From Clostridia bacterium (GTDB taxonomy: Bacteria; Bacillota; Clostridia; Christensenellales; Borkfalkiaceae), in NCBI GenBank assembly GCA_017398825.1, contig JAFQEV010000053.1, positions 4,843 through 68,842 of the forward strand: 64,000 nucleotides of DNA. Direction: 5' to 3'. The position numbers and the translations under genes are program-made. The stretch's first letter is position 1; each line of letters begins with the position of its first letter. The notes under the pieces were generated by a model, which had not been told where the DNA came from, made no database searches, and worked only from the letters and a program-made list of their open reading frames with translations. This document shows, piece after piece, positions 1 to 9,177 of this stretch.

Positions 1-76
1 CTCCCTCGTATAATTTTTTGATAAGCGTGGTCTTGCCTGCACCTAAAAAACCTGAAATAACGTCAACTTTAATCAT
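1..76 (-). CDS. CobW/G3E-family GTPase, N-terminal fragment (gene runs off the window)
   Basis: Minus-strand ATG at 76..74 is preceded by AAGGAG. Translation MIKVDVISGFLGAGKTTLIKKLYEG carries the GxxGxGKT P-loop typical of CobW-type GTPases. It is absent from the ORF track because it is truncated. Confidence 0.6.
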   Translation of the reverse strand, partial: MIKVDVISGFLGAGKTTLIKKLYEG

Positions 77-137
77 AATAACTCCTTCTCAATAATTTTA
101 GCCTAATTTTAAAAAAAACACAATATATAGAACAAAA

Positions 138-172
138 ATTGTCGCTATTTATAGCGACAATTTTTTATCTTT
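138..172 (-). terminator. Intrinsic terminator downstream of the 785-aa surface protein gene
   Basis: Stem ATTGTCGCTA/TAGCGACAAT is flanked by an A-run and a T-run, so it is usable on both strands. Confidence 0.6.
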
Positions 173-207
173 CGTAAAATTAATTTTTACATCTAACTGC
201 GTTACTA

Positions 208-2565
208 TTATACCGAGGGCGACCAGTCAACGTTATCTTCAACGTAAATCGCCTTGAACACGCCACCGTCGTAACTTGCAAATTCCCAAAGGTGATTTCT
301 ATCGTACTCAATGCCGTTGTATTCAAAGCCCACGAGCTTTTTACCGCTCGGCGGAACGGGCATCGGGCTCATAGTGGAAAACGCTTGACCGTATTCGATA
401 ACGGCAGTTGCCTCGCCTGTTCCCTCGCCAACGTCTAAATTGATGGTAAAGGCAACGTAGTCCTCGTATAAACACTTAAACGGAGTTCCGTCATAATCTA
501 CGATTAAGAATAAATCGTTAAGATAATACTGCGTACCCTTATAGGCATAGCCAACGAGTTTTTTACCGCTCGGCGCTGTTGGAGTTTTGCTAACGTTTTT
601 AAAGTTCTTGCCGAGAGTAAAGGTAACCGAGGTGTTTCCGCCACCCCCGTTTAAGTTGAGATTTACCTCTATTTTAACGGGGTTATAGGTGATTTTGGGC
701 GTTAAAGTAACGTCCGATTTAATATTCCAAGTACCCGATGTTTCAATTTCATTATCGCCGTTAAGCCATGTAACTGAAATTAGGTTATCCCTTGCGGATA
801 AGGTGTACAAATTGTACTCCTCTTTATACACGACCTCTTGCGTGCTACTTACCAACTTTCCGTCCTTATCAAGCATAGAGTAATCGGCTTTGATTGACGA
901 TAAGTCATAGGTAATCTTATAGGTTTTAGGTGCCCATACCGCGTAAAGCGTTGGATTTCCCGTTAATTCCCACTTAATAGTTCCACTCAAAACGTCACTC
1001 GTGTCATTCTTATTAGCAGTCCAGCCAAGAAGATAATAACCGCCCTTTTTGAGCTCGCTGTTGGTGTTGAACTCGGTGGGCAACGTAACGTAGCTATCGT
1101 AAACGTAGAACGCCGTGTGAACGTTAGTAAAGCCGTTTTTGAATATTACTGCGTACGAGTTGGGAGTTAATACCGCTTTTATCTCCGTAGTTTCGGTTAA
1201 AAGTGAAATCTCCTCGCTCGAAAGCTCCCAAACGGCAGTATAGCCGTGTTTTGCGTTGGGTATGGGAACGTACTCTTCTGGAGAGGCAAGAACGTTATCA
1301 AGGAGAACCGTATCCACCTGCCCGTCGTAATGAACGAAGTTTACGTACGCGGTGCTTGCGTACCTTGCAACTAAATCGTCGTCATGAGCGTTGTTCCAAA
1401 TGATTTTTCCCGAATACGAGGCAACGACCTCGCCCGTAGTTTTAATCTTCCAACCGATAAATTTGTATCCGTCGGGCGCGGTGGGAAGAGGTATATCGCA
1501 CTCTACGCCAAACTGAACGCTTATTTCGCTTTTTTCAACCGTTCCACCGTTTGCATCAAGGGTTAAAACGTAGGTGTTGGGCGTGTACGTTGCAAGTATT
1601 TTTACCGAGGTTTTATTCTCGCTCGGAACGTAATTGAAATTATCCGCTAAAGGCTCGCCGTCAATAGTCCAACAGTTAAAGGTGTAGCCCTCTTTTACAG
1701 GAATTGTATTTTTTATATCTTGAGTAGGTGCACCGTATACCAAGCTACCGTCTGAAACGCTAACCGTACCGCCATCTGCGTTTAATACGTAGTTTACGGC
1801 AATCGGCTCGAACACAGCGTAAAGTTCAGGGTTTTCAATCCCGTCATACGCCCAAACGTTAGAGGTTAAAACCTCACCGCCCTCGAAAGCCCAGCCTAAG
1901 AACTTGTGCCCTGCTTTTTTGAGCACGGGAAATTCTACCGTGCGGTTGTACTTTGCAGGGATAACCATTTCCGTCAAAGTTTGGTCGCCACCAACTAAAG
2001 TACCACCGTTAAATTTAAATTTAACTTGATATGAGGCTTGCTCCCAGCCAGCTTTTATTACAACCGTGCCAACGTCAAGGTTCCAAGGCGAAGTTGAAAC
2101 GGGATCCTCTCCGTAATACCAACCGGTAAAATCGTAGCCACTTCTCGTAGGTTCTGGGAAAACTACGTTTTGACCAAAGGTTGCAAAAACGCTCTTTTTG
2201 CTAACCACAACCCCGTCGCTCTCGGTATAATTACCGCCGTTAAAGTCGAGCAACACGCTGTACGTTTTAGCTTTCCAGGTCGCAACGAGTGTAACGTTTT
2301 CTTTTTTGAGCATAAAGGGCTTTAAGTTAACGTAAACGCCATCGGAATACCAGCCGTTAAACTCGTAGCCGGCTTTGGTGGGAGTTGGCAAAGTTAAATC
2401 TTCCCAAAGCTTAGCAACGAAGGTAGTATCACCGCTGATACTGCCACCGTCTAAATTGAGCGTAACGTTAACCTGCTCGAGCGAGGGAGTTTCCTCCCCG
2501 TCTTTACAAGCCGAAACGCCAAACGCTATTAAGATACACGCCAAAAGGCATAATAACTTCTTCAT
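208..2565 (-). CDS. Surface lipoprotein built from about 10 Listeria-Bacteroides (Flg_new / InlB B-type) repeats
   Basis: Lipobox signal MKKLLCLLACILIAFGVSAC. Recurrent G(Y/H)xFxGW...LYA(V)W modules (GYEFNGWY, GYDFTGWYY, GHKFLGWAF, GYKFIGWKI). RBS GGAGAG lies upstream of the ATG. Confidence 0.8.
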   Translation of the reverse strand: MKKLLCLLACILIAFGVSACKDGEETPSLEQVNVTLNLDGGSISGDTTFVAKLWEDLTLPTPTKAGYEFNGWYSDGVYVNLKPFMLKKENVTLVATWKAKTYSVLLDFNGGNYTESDGVVVSKKSVFATFGQNVVFPEPTRSGYDFTGWYYGEDPVSTSPWNLDVGTVVIKAGWEQASYQVKFKFNGGTLVGGDQTLTEMVIPAKYNRTVEFPVLKKAGHKFLGWAFEGGEVLTSNVWAYDGIENPELYAVFEPIAVNYVLNADGGTVSVSDGSLVYGAPTQDIKNTIPVKEGYTFNCWTIDGEPLADNFNYVPSENKTSVKILATYTPNTYVLTLDANGGTVEKSEISVQFGVECDIPLPTAPDGYKFIGWKIKTTGEVVASYSGKIIWNNAHDDDLVARYASTAYVNFVHYDGQVDTVLLDNVLASPEEYVPIPNAKHGYTAVWELSSEEISLLTETTEIKAVLTPNSYAVIFKNGFTNVHTAFYVYDSYVTLPTEFNTNSELKKGGYYLLGWTANKNDTSDVLSGTIKWELTGNPTLYAVWAPKTYKITYDLSSIKADYSMLDKDGKLVSSTQEVVYKEEYNLYTLSARDNLISVTWLNGDNEIETSGTWNIKSDVTLTPKITYNPVKIEVNLNLNGGGGNTSVTFTLGKNFKNVSKTPTAPSGKKLVGYAYKGTQYYLNDLFLIVDYDGTPFKCLYEDYVAFTINLDVGEGTGEATAVIEYGQAFSTMSPMPVPPSGKKLVGFEYNGIEYDRNHLWEFASYDGGVFKAIYVEDNVDWSPSV

Positions 2566-2640
2566 ATACTCTCCTAAGTATCTACGTTATATTTTAACTT
2601 ATAAGTTAAATATTGTCAACCCCAGATAGTGTGCGCGCCG

Positions 2641-2800
2641 ATTTTAACTTATATGCAAATTAAAGATTTGTGTATATTCGCCTAACGGCTAGTTGTATGC
2701 AACCTGCAGTTGCGCGATTATCCTTATTTTTGTCTTAGCGTTTACCTTTAGGTTAACGCTTGACAATCTATGCGCGTTGCGACGCTATAACGGATTAAAC
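2641..2800 (+). repeat. Intergenic hairpin element, T1 variant, copy 1
   Basis: Core 2727..2784 (TTTTTGTCTTAGCGTTTACCTTTAGGTTAACGCTTGACAATCTATGCGCGTTGCGACG) is identical to the core at 46543..46600. It ends in the family tail CTATAACGGATTAAA. Confidence 0.7.
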
Positions 2801-2830
2801 TCGTTTAAGACGTTAGTTGCAAATAACAGG

Positions 2831-2943
2831 GCTCCCGAAATTGTTTTTAGTATAAAAAGAATTTTGGGATAAAGGAGCAACCGCTTTTTTGTCCTAGCGT
2901 TTACCTTTAGGTTAACGCTTGACAATCTATGCGCGTTGCGACG
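2831..2943 (+). repeat. 113-bp repeat (hairpin H plus T1 core), copy 2
   Basis: 110/113 identical to 46488..46600 by manual alignment. It contains the hairpin CCCGAAATTGTTTTT/AAAAAGAATTTTGGG and the T1 hairpin TTGTC(C/T)TAGCGTTTACC-TTT-AGGTTAACGCTTGACAA. Confidence 0.85.
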
Positions 2944-2982
2944 CAGACGAGGCTCGACAATTTAAAATTTAATCATCGAGCT

Positions 2983-3108
2983 TTTTAAGACGTTAGTTTG
3001 GGTATTAGGCAAGGCGTGCGAGCATTTGCGATAGGAGATGTACTTGTTGTACACGAGTGAGCAAAGCGGAGCACAACACAGCATAATGCCCAAAATAACG
3101 GAATAAAA
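2983..3108 (+). repeat. TIR-hairpin element copy (T2-b)
   Basis: Left arm TTTTAAGACGTTAGTTTGGGTATTAGGCAAGG is mirrored by right arm GCATAATGCCCAAAATAACGGAATAAAA. The central hairpin has a TTGTT loop. Same architecture as 20361..20492. Confidence 0.7.
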
Positions 3109-3137
3109 AAGCAAGGCAATAAAGCCTTGCTTTTTTT
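3105..3137. terminator. Bidirectional intrinsic terminator (serves gap on the minus strand)
   Basis: A6-GCAAGGC-AATAAA-GCCTTGC-T7. Confidence 0.75.
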
Positions 3138-3149
3138 ACGTCTTAAAAT

Positions 3150-3279
3150 TTTTTTAGACCTTAGAAGCAAGCAGAACAAGGCACGCGAAGTGTTTTGGAT
3201 GAGATTAACCTTGTTGGTTATCGAAGTCAAAACACTAAGCAGTAACGCAGTTATGCACCGCTTATAAGGGATAAAAATT
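3150..3279 (+). repeat. TIR-hairpin element copy (T2-c) abutting the gap stop codon
   Basis: P1 stem AGTGTTTTG (3189..3197) pairs with CAAAACACT (3228..3236). Inner stem is GAT-T-AACC/GGTTATC with a TTGTT loop, followed by the GCAGTAAC box. The element end touches the TAA of gap at 3278..3280. Confidence 0.75.
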
Positions 3280-4297
3280 AGATTTCTGCAAAGTACTTGA
3301 TAGTTCTTACCATCTGAGAGGTGTAAGAATTCTCGTTGTCGTACCAAGAAACAACTTGTACTTGATAAGTATCATCGTCAATCTTAGAAACCATAGTTTG
3401 AGTAGCATCGAATAAAGAACCGAACTTCATGCCGATAACGTCAGAAGATACGATTTCATCGGTGTTGTAACCGAAAGACTCAGTAGCTTGAGCCTTCATA
3501 GCTGCGTTGATGCCTTCCTTAGTGATATCCTTACCCTTAACAACTGCGATTAAGATAGTAGTAGAACCGGTTGCGGTGGGAACACGTTGAGCAGCGCCGA
3601 TAAGCTTGCCGTTGAGTTCAGGAATAACAAGACCGATTGCCTTTGCAGCACCAGTAGAGTTAGGAACGATGTTCATAGCACCTGCTCTGGAACGACGAAG
3701 GTCACCCTTTCTCTGAGGACCGTCAAGAATCATTTGGTCACCAGTGTAAGCGTGAACGGTGGTCATGATACCAGAAACGATAGGAGCGTAATCGTTAAGA
3801 GCCTTAGCCATAGGAGCAAGACAGTTAGTGGTGCAAGATGCAGCAGAAATAACCTTGTCCTCAGCGGTTAATACGTTGTGGTTAACGTTGTAAACGATAG
3901 TGGGAAGATCGTTACCTGCAGGAGCAGAAATAACAACTTTCTTAGCACCAGCGTTAACGTGAGCCATAGCCTTTTCCTTAGAGGTGTAGAAACCAGTACA
4001 CTCAAGTACTACGTCTACGCCGATTTCACCCCAGGGAAGTTCAGCAGCGTTAGCTTTAGCGTAAATAATAATTTCTTTACCGTCTACGATAATGGAGTTA
4101 TCAGTAGATTCTACGGTGTGACCTTTTGCAAGGTAATTACCCTGCATAGTGTCGTATTTAAGAAGATGAGCGAGCATCTTGGGGCTGGTAAGGTCGTTGA
4201 TAGCAACTACTTCGTAACCGTCAGCATCAAACATCTGTCTGAAAGCTAAACGACCGATACGACCGAAACCGTTAATTGCAACTTTTACATTTGACAT
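3278..4297 (-). CDS. gap: Type I glyceraldehyde-3-phosphate dehydrogenase
   Basis: [22 protein letters not shown]-terminus, catalytic SCTTNCLAP motif, and WYDNE near the C-terminus. Confidence 0.95.
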   Translation of the reverse strand: MSNVKVAINGFGRIGRLAFRQMFDADGYEVVAINDLTSPKMLAHLLKYDTMQGNYLAKGHTVESTDNSIIVDGKEIIIYAKANAAELPWGEIGVDVVLECTGFYTSKEKAMAHVNAGAKKVVISAPAGNDLPTIVYNVNHNVLTAEDKVISAASCTTNCLAPMAKALNDYAPIVSGIMTTVHAYTGDQMILDGPQRKGDLRRSRAGAMNIVPNSTGAAKAIGLVIPELNGKLIGAAQRVPTATGSTTILIAVVKGKDITKEGINAAMKAQATESFGYNTDEIVSSDVIGMKFGSLFDATQTMVSKIDDDTYQVQVVSWYDNENSYTSQMVRTIKYFAEI

Positions 4298-4418
4298 AAT
4301 TTTGTTCTCCTTATAAATTAACTTTATAGTTAAAATTTTAACAATTTACGGTGACCTCAACGTCACCTTGTTTATTATATCCGCTTTTTTTATTCAAGTC
4401 AAACGATTTTAAGCGGTT

Positions 4419-5546
4419 TTATTTCAAATTAGCAGGATTTAGGCATTTTAACTCGTCTAAAACGAATAAACCGTCTTTTCTAATTAAAACGTCGTCGAAA
4501 TAAATTTCACCGCCACCGTAGCTCTCACTCATAATGAGCACCATATCCCAGTGGAGAGAAGACTTGTTTCCGTTATCGCACTCCTCGTAGCACGAACCGG
4601 GCGTAAAGTGAATAGAACCTGCGATTTTTTCATCGAATAAAATATCGCCTATCGCGTCGTTTATAAAGGGGTTAACGCCAAAGGAAAACTCGCCGACGTA
4701 TCTCGCGCCCTCATCGATATCCAAAATCTCGTTGAGCTTTTCGGTGTAGTTGGCGGTTGCCTCTATAATCTTGCCATCTCTAAACTTTAAGCAAACGTTT
4801 TCAAACTTTAACCCGTCCTTTATAGAAGGGGCGTTAAAGGTTATAATTCCATTTACGCTATCTTTTACGGGTGCAGTAAAAATCTCACCGTCGGGGATAT
4901 TCCTTTTACCAGAACACTTAATTCCCGGCAAACCCTTAATCGAGAAGGTAAGGTCGGTGTTTTTAGCAACTAAACGCACCTTATCCGTCTTTTCGATAAG
5001 CGCACCTAAAGCGTCCATAGCCTTATCCATCTTGGAATAATCGAGGGTGCAAACGTCAAAGAAGAAATCCTCGAATTTTTCCGTGCTCATGCCAGCAAGC
5101 TGAGCCATTCCGGGATTAGGATAGCGGAGAATTACCCATTTGGTCTTATTCACCCTAAGGTCTAAGTGTACTCTATTAGAGTATACGCTACTGTATAATT
5201 TTCTCTTTTCCCCGTCAACGTCGGAAAGCTCGTAGGCGTTGTTGCCTCCGCGAATACCGATGTACGCGTCCATTTTCTCCATTAAATAGGAATCAACGTC
5301 CGCCATCATATTGCAAAGCTCCTCGTCAAGCCCGTTCATAACTAAGCGGTTGACTTGATTATCCCTTATCCAAACGAAAGGATATCCACCTGCTAAGTAT
5401 ACCTCTTTAACGAGCGCTTTAACGAGCGCGTTGTCAATATCAAAAGCCTCGATTAAGCACTTTTCACCTTTCTTGAGTTCTACTGAATAGTTAACTAAGC
5501 CTTTTGCAAGCTTGTTAATTCTCTCGTCTACCATATATGCCTCCAT
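4419..5546 (-). CDS. M29-family (AmpS/PepS-type) aminopeptidase
   Basis: Length of about 370 aa and conserved blocks (GGNNAYEL, VGEFSFGVNP, HWDMV) are typical of thermophilic-metalloprotease M29 aminopeptidases. The start could be ATG 5546 or 5534. Confidence 0.75.
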   Translation of the reverse strand: MEAYMVDERINKLAKGLVNYSVELKKGEKCLIEAFDIDNALVKALVKEVYLAGGYPFVWIRDNQVNRLVMNGLDEELCNMMADVDSYLMEKMDAYIGIRGGNNAYELSDVDGEKRKLYSSVYSNRVHLDLRVNKTKWVILRYPNPGMAQLAGMSTEKFEDFFFDVCTLDYSKMDKAMDALGALIEKTDKVRLVAKNTDLTFSIKGLPGIKCSGKRNIPDGEIFTAPVKDSVNGIITFNAPSIKDGLKFENVCLKFRDGKIIEATANYTEKLNEILDIDEGARYVGEFSFGVNPFINDAIGDILFDEKIAGSIHFTPGSCYEECDNGNKSSLHWDMVLIMSESYGGGEIYFDDVLIRKDGLFVLDELKCLNPANLK

Positions 5547-5650
5547 AGCCGTATTACTAAGTTATTTTATCACTATAACCCATTTTTGACAACTTTTTTG
5601 ATTTTTATTTAAAAATTTTCGCATTATTATCACAAATTTGTTGAACACAT

Positions 5651-5680
5651 TTGACAATTATGCCAAATATCTTGTATAAT
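5651..5680 (+). promoter_or_regulatory. Sigma-A type promoter (TTGACA-18-TATAAT)
   Basis: TTGACA at 5651..5656 and TATAAT at 5675..5680. The first in-frame ATG (5690) is only 9 nt downstream of the -10 box. Confidence 0.55.
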
Positions 5681-5689
5681 CAAATTGCT

Positions 5690-6970
5690 ATGAAACAAAA
5701 ATTTGGAAAAATGAGAATTCTCAAGTACAAACCTGGCGATAAGGTAAAGCGCTACGATTTTAAGCGCAAGCCGTTACGCCCCTACCTACTCATGTGGCTT
5801 ATCCACTTAATCGTATGGTTTAAGGTTCTTTTTAGAAGGCACAAGGTATACCGCTACGGCAATAAACCCAAGCGCCCGTGCTTAATCCTTGCCTCCCACG
5901 CAGCGTTCAACGATTTTTACATGCTTTTCTCGGCTGTTAAAACGTATAACATTAACTACGTTACGGCGATTGACGCGTTCTACGATATGTCCACCTTCCT
6001 CATGAGAATTATCGGCGCTATTTGCAAGAGAAAGTTTATATCCGATATGAGCCTTATGAAAAACCTCAAGTATTGCACCGAAAAGCTCAAAAGCGTTACG
6101 GTAATCTACCCTGAGGCAAGGTATTCTCTTGACGGAACTACGAGCTATCTCCCTGAGTCTAACGGCAAGCTTGCAAAGTTTTTAAAAGTGCCCGTTTACG
6201 TATTCAAGCTTAGAGGCTCTTACGTTAGCGACCCGCAATGGAATAAGTACAAGCAAAACCGCATGCCTATGGAAGGCGATATGATTGAGGTTGTATCGGC
6301 AGAAGAGGTTGGCAAGCTTTCCGCTGAGGAAATCAACGAGAGAATTAACAAGGCGTTCAAGTATGACGACTGGCAGTATCTTAAAGACTGCGGTAACATC
6401 TTAACCTACAAAGAAAGGGCGACTAACCTCAATGCAATACTCTATCAATGCCCTCATTGTAAAAAGGAATTCGAGATGGTTGGCAAAGGCACTACTCTTA
6501 CCTGTACCGCTTGCGGAAAGATATGGGATATGCTTGAAAACGGCGAGCTTAAGGCGCGCGATGGCGAAACGTATTTTTCACATATTCCCGACTGGTTTGC
6601 TTGGCAAAAGCAAAACGTTCACGAAGAGGTATTTAGCGGTAAATATTCAGTTGAAGAAGAGTGCGAGGTATTTACCCTTCCCGATAGTAAAGGGTTCTAT
6701 CACCAAGGCAAAGGCAAGTTTATTCAAACGAGTAACGGCACAACCTTAAAGATTAACCTATACGGCGAGGATAAAACTATAGAGTACTCTGGAACTTCGC
6801 TCGAGAGCGTACATATCGAGTACAATTACAAAGGCTACGGCGATATGCTTGACTTTTCTATCTATGGCGATAGCGTTTGGATGCACCCCTACCGCAAAGA
6901 TTTTATAACTAAAGTATCCCTTGCCACCGAGGAAATTAGGGAACTTCACAACAAAAACATCAAAAAATAA
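5690..6970 (+). CDS. PlsC-family acyltransferase with an internal zinc-ribbon
   Basis: HxxxxD motif (SHAAFND), EARYS block and CPHCKKEF...CTACGK ribbon. The ORF-track start at 5651 lies inside the promoter, so the start is more likely 5690 or 5711. Confidence 0.7.
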   Translation: MKQKFGKMRILKYKPGDKVKRYDFKRKPLRPYLLMWLIHLIVWFKVLFRRHKVYRYGNKPKRPCLILASHAAFNDFYMLFSAVKTYNINYVTAIDAFYDMSTFLMRIIGAICKRKFISDMSLMKNLKYCTEKLKSVTVIYPEARYSLDGTTSYLPESNGKLAKFLKVPVYVFKLRGSYVSDPQWNKYKQNRMPMEGDMIEVVSAEEVGKLSAEEINERINKAFKYDDWQYLKDCGNILTYKERATNLNAILYQCPHCKKEFEMVGKGTTLTCTACGKIWDMLENGELKARDGETYFSHIPDWFAWQKQNVHEEVFSGKYSVEEECEVFTLPDSKGFYHQGKGKFIQTSNGTTLKINLYGEDKTIEYSGTSLESVHIEYNYKGYGDMLDFSIYGDSVWMHPYRKDFITKVSLATEEIRELHNKNIKK

Positions 6971-6974
6971 TTAG

Positions 6975-7003
6975 AACTCCGCTTTTTGTAGCGGAGTTTT
7001 TAA
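6975..7003 (+). terminator. Intrinsic terminator
   Basis: AACTCCGCT-TTTTGT-AGCGGAGTT followed by a T-run. Confidence 0.75.
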
Positions 7004-7004
7004 C

Positions 7005-7033
7005 TTTACAAATGAATTAAATAGTAGTATACT
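7005..7033 (+). promoter_or_regulatory. Sigma-A type promoter (TTTACA-17-TATACT) directly in front of the maf ATG
   Basis: The -10 box ends 6 nt before the ATG at 7040 and no Shine-Dalgarno sequence is present. Confidence 0.5.
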
Positions 7034-7039
7034 ATATAA

Positions 7040-7588
7040 ATGAAGATAATCTTGGCGAGTAATTCCCCACGCCGAAGGGAGCTTTTAAGCGAGGCAGGGG
7101 TTGAGTTTACGGTAATTCCATCTGACTTTAACGAGCCTGAAAACGACGGTTTGTCACCTGAAAAATACGTTGAGTTTTTGGCGTACGGCAAGGCAAAATC
7201 GGTGTTCGAAAAGTGCGGCGGAACGGTTATCGGGGCGGACACGGTTGTCGTTTTAAACGGCGAAATTTTAGGAAAACCCAAAGGCGTTGCAGATGCAAAG
7301 CTAATGCTTAATAAGCTTTCCGCTAAAACCCACGAGGTAATAACGGGCTATGCGGTAATAAGCGAAAATTCTAAAGTGTGCTCGCACGAGAAAACGTTCG
7401 TTACCTTTAACGCCTTAAGTCCCGAGCTTATTGACGGATACGTTGCAAGTGGCAGTCCGCTGGATAAAGCGGGAGCGTACGGAATTCAGGACGGCGTGCC
7501 ACTCGTAGATAAGATTATCGGCGATTACGATAACGTTGTGGGTCTTCCCACCTCAAAGATATTAAAAATTTTAACGGAGTTAAAATGA
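7040..7588 (+). CDS. maf: Maf-like nucleoside triphosphate pyrophosphatase
   Basis: MKIILASNSPRRRELL start, GADTVV and AGAYGIQ motifs. Confidence 0.9.
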   Translation: MKIILASNSPRRRELLSEAGVEFTVIPSDFNEPENDGLSPEKYVEFLAYGKAKSVFEKCGGTVIGADTVVVLNGEILGKPKGVADAKLMLNKLSAKTHEVITGYAVISENSKVCSHEKTFVTFNALSPELIDGYVASGSPLDKAGAYGIQDGVPLVDKIIGDYDNVVGLPTSKILKILTELK

Positions 7589-8583
7589 GGCCTAAAATTG
7601 CAATTGATATAGGAACTTCATATACCAAGATTTACAAAGCTAAATCGGACGTGGTTTTGATTGAGCCCACCTGCATTGCGATCCAAAACAAGAACTACAA
7701 AACCCCCTACGCGTACGGTCAGGAGGCGTATTCCTTGATAGGCAAAACCCCGGAGAGCGTTGAAATTATTTTCCCCGTATCAAATACCGATATCGTGGAT
7801 AACAAGGCGCTCGTTGCATTGCTTTCTCACTTTATTAAAAAAGTAAAAACGCCTTTAGAAAATATAAAGGACGCGCTTTTGTTAGTTGAGTGTGGAAGTA
7901 ACCGCGAAACGATAAAGAAATTTGAAAACGCTTTAATCGGCGCTAAAGTTTACAACGTTTGCTATGCGGAAAATCCCTTGCTCGCACTACTCGGCGTTGG
8001 AGAGGAAATCTCTTACGAAACGCCAAGCGCGGTGATAGACCTTGGCGGTGGGCAAACTACCGTTTGCGTTCTAACAAAAGCTGGAGTTATTTCGGGAGCG
8101 TCCGCGGAGATAGGCGGTAACACTCTTAACAAAATGATTATCAAGCACGTTGAGCAAACGCTTAACCTCCAAATCTCCGAGCACAGCGCCGAGGTTTTAA
8201 AGGTTCAGCTTGCAAGCCTTAACGAAGACGATGAAACAAAATCGGTAGTCAGCGGAAAGGACACGCTTAGCGGAAAACAAAAAGTTTCTCAAATTTCAGC
8301 ATCGCAAATCTACCCTGCTGTAAAGGAATTTATCGATAAGGTTTTAAATATTACGAACGTTATATTTTCCTCACTCGCCGGCGAAACGATTGCATTACTT
8401 CAAAAAGGTGGTGTATACTTAAGTGGCGGTGGCGTTAATATTTACGGGATTGACGAGTACGTGAGCAACGCCTTAGGCATTCAAACCAAGATAAACAACG
8501 AGGCGGAGATTGCGTCGATTATAGGCGCAGGCAAGCTCGTTGAAAGTGCGGAACTATTAGATAAACTTAAGTTACAAGTTTAA
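7585..8583 (+). CDS. Divergent MreB/actin-like ATPase
   Basis: IAIDIGTSYTKIY phosphate-1 motif, DLGGGQTT and LSGGG motifs, and a position after maf as in maf-mreB operons. No mreCD follows. Confidence 0.6.
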   Translation: MRPKIAIDIGTSYTKIYKAKSDVVLIEPTCIAIQNKNYKTPYAYGQEAYSLIGKTPESVEIIFPVSNTDIVDNKALVALLSHFIKKVKTPLENIKDALLLVECGSNRETIKKFENALIGAKVYNVCYAENPLLALLGVGEEISYETPSAVIDLGGGQTTVCVLTKAGVISGASAEIGGNTLNKMIIKHVEQTLNLQISEHSAEVLKVQLASLNEDDETKSVVSGKDTLSGKQKVSQISASQIYPAVKEFIDKVLNITNVIFSSLAGETIALLQKGGVYLSGGGVNIYGIDEYVSNALGIQTKINNEAEIASIIGAGKLVESAELLDKLKLQV

Positions 8584-8593
8584 AGGAGCCAGT

Positions 8594-9124
8594 ATGAATA
8601 TTTGGAAAGATATTAGTAAAGAAAGAATTACACCAAAGGACTTTGTGGCCTGCATAGAAATAGAAAAGGGTTCTAAAAACAAGTACGAGCTCGATAAGGA
8701 AACGGGGCTTATAATACTCGATAGAGTATTATTCACGAGCACCCACTACCCTATGAACTACGGTTTTATTCCAAGAACGCTCTCTGATGATAAAGACCCG
8801 TTAGACGTATTCGTTTTATGCTCCCAACCGATAGAAAAAATGAGCTTAGTTAGGTGCTATCCTATCGGCGTTGTGTTTATGGAGGACAATGAGGAACGCG
8901 ATGAAAAAATCATTGCAATTCCTTTCGGTGACCCCCAGTACAACGGCTATCGCGATATTTGGGAACTCCCCGTACATATCATTGACGAGCTCAAGCACTT
9001 CTTATCCGTTTACAAGACTTTAGAGAACAAGAAAGTTCACGTTTTAGAGGTTGGCTCGCACGAAACGGCTGTTAAAACTATTGCCGAAAACATTAAAAAA
9101 TACGAGGACACTTTTGAAAAGTAA
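8594..9124 (+). CDS. ppa: Family I inorganic pyrophosphatase
   Basis: EIEKGSKNKYELD, YPMNYGFIP and DPLDVFVL motifs. Confidence 0.9.
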   Translation: MNIWKDISKERITPKDFVACIEIEKGSKNKYELDKETGLIILDRVLFTSTHYPMNYGFIPRTLSDDKDPLDVFVLCSQPIEKMSLVRCYPIGVVFMEDNEERDEKIIAIPFGDPQYNGYRDIWELPVHIIDELKHFLSVYKTLENKKVHVLEVGSHETAVKTIAENIKKYEDTFEK

Positions 9125-9128
9125 AAAT

Positions 9129-9162
9129 AAAACTCCCGCGGAATATTCCGCGGGAGTTTTTT
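9129..9162 (+). terminator. ppa terminator; left copy of a 31-bp direct repeat
   Basis: AAAACTCCCGCGGAATATTCCGCGGGAGTTT plus a T-run. 30/31 identical to 12466..12496. Confidence 0.8.
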
Positions 9163-9177
9163 AGTTGTTTAACGATA

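Noticed and set aside
2753-2790. TTGACA inside the T1 core as a mobile outward-facing promoter.
   Set aside because: The nearest -10-like hexamer (TATAAC) is 20 nt away in copy 1 and absent in copies 2 and 3. The TTGACA is better explained as the 3' strand of the T1 hairpin.
2985-3347. 120-aa minus-strand ORF spanning the gap 3' end and the repeat mosaic.
   Set aside because: It crosses a bidirectional terminator and two repeat elements and overlaps the gap coding end. It has no RBS and low-complexity content, so I treat it as spurious.
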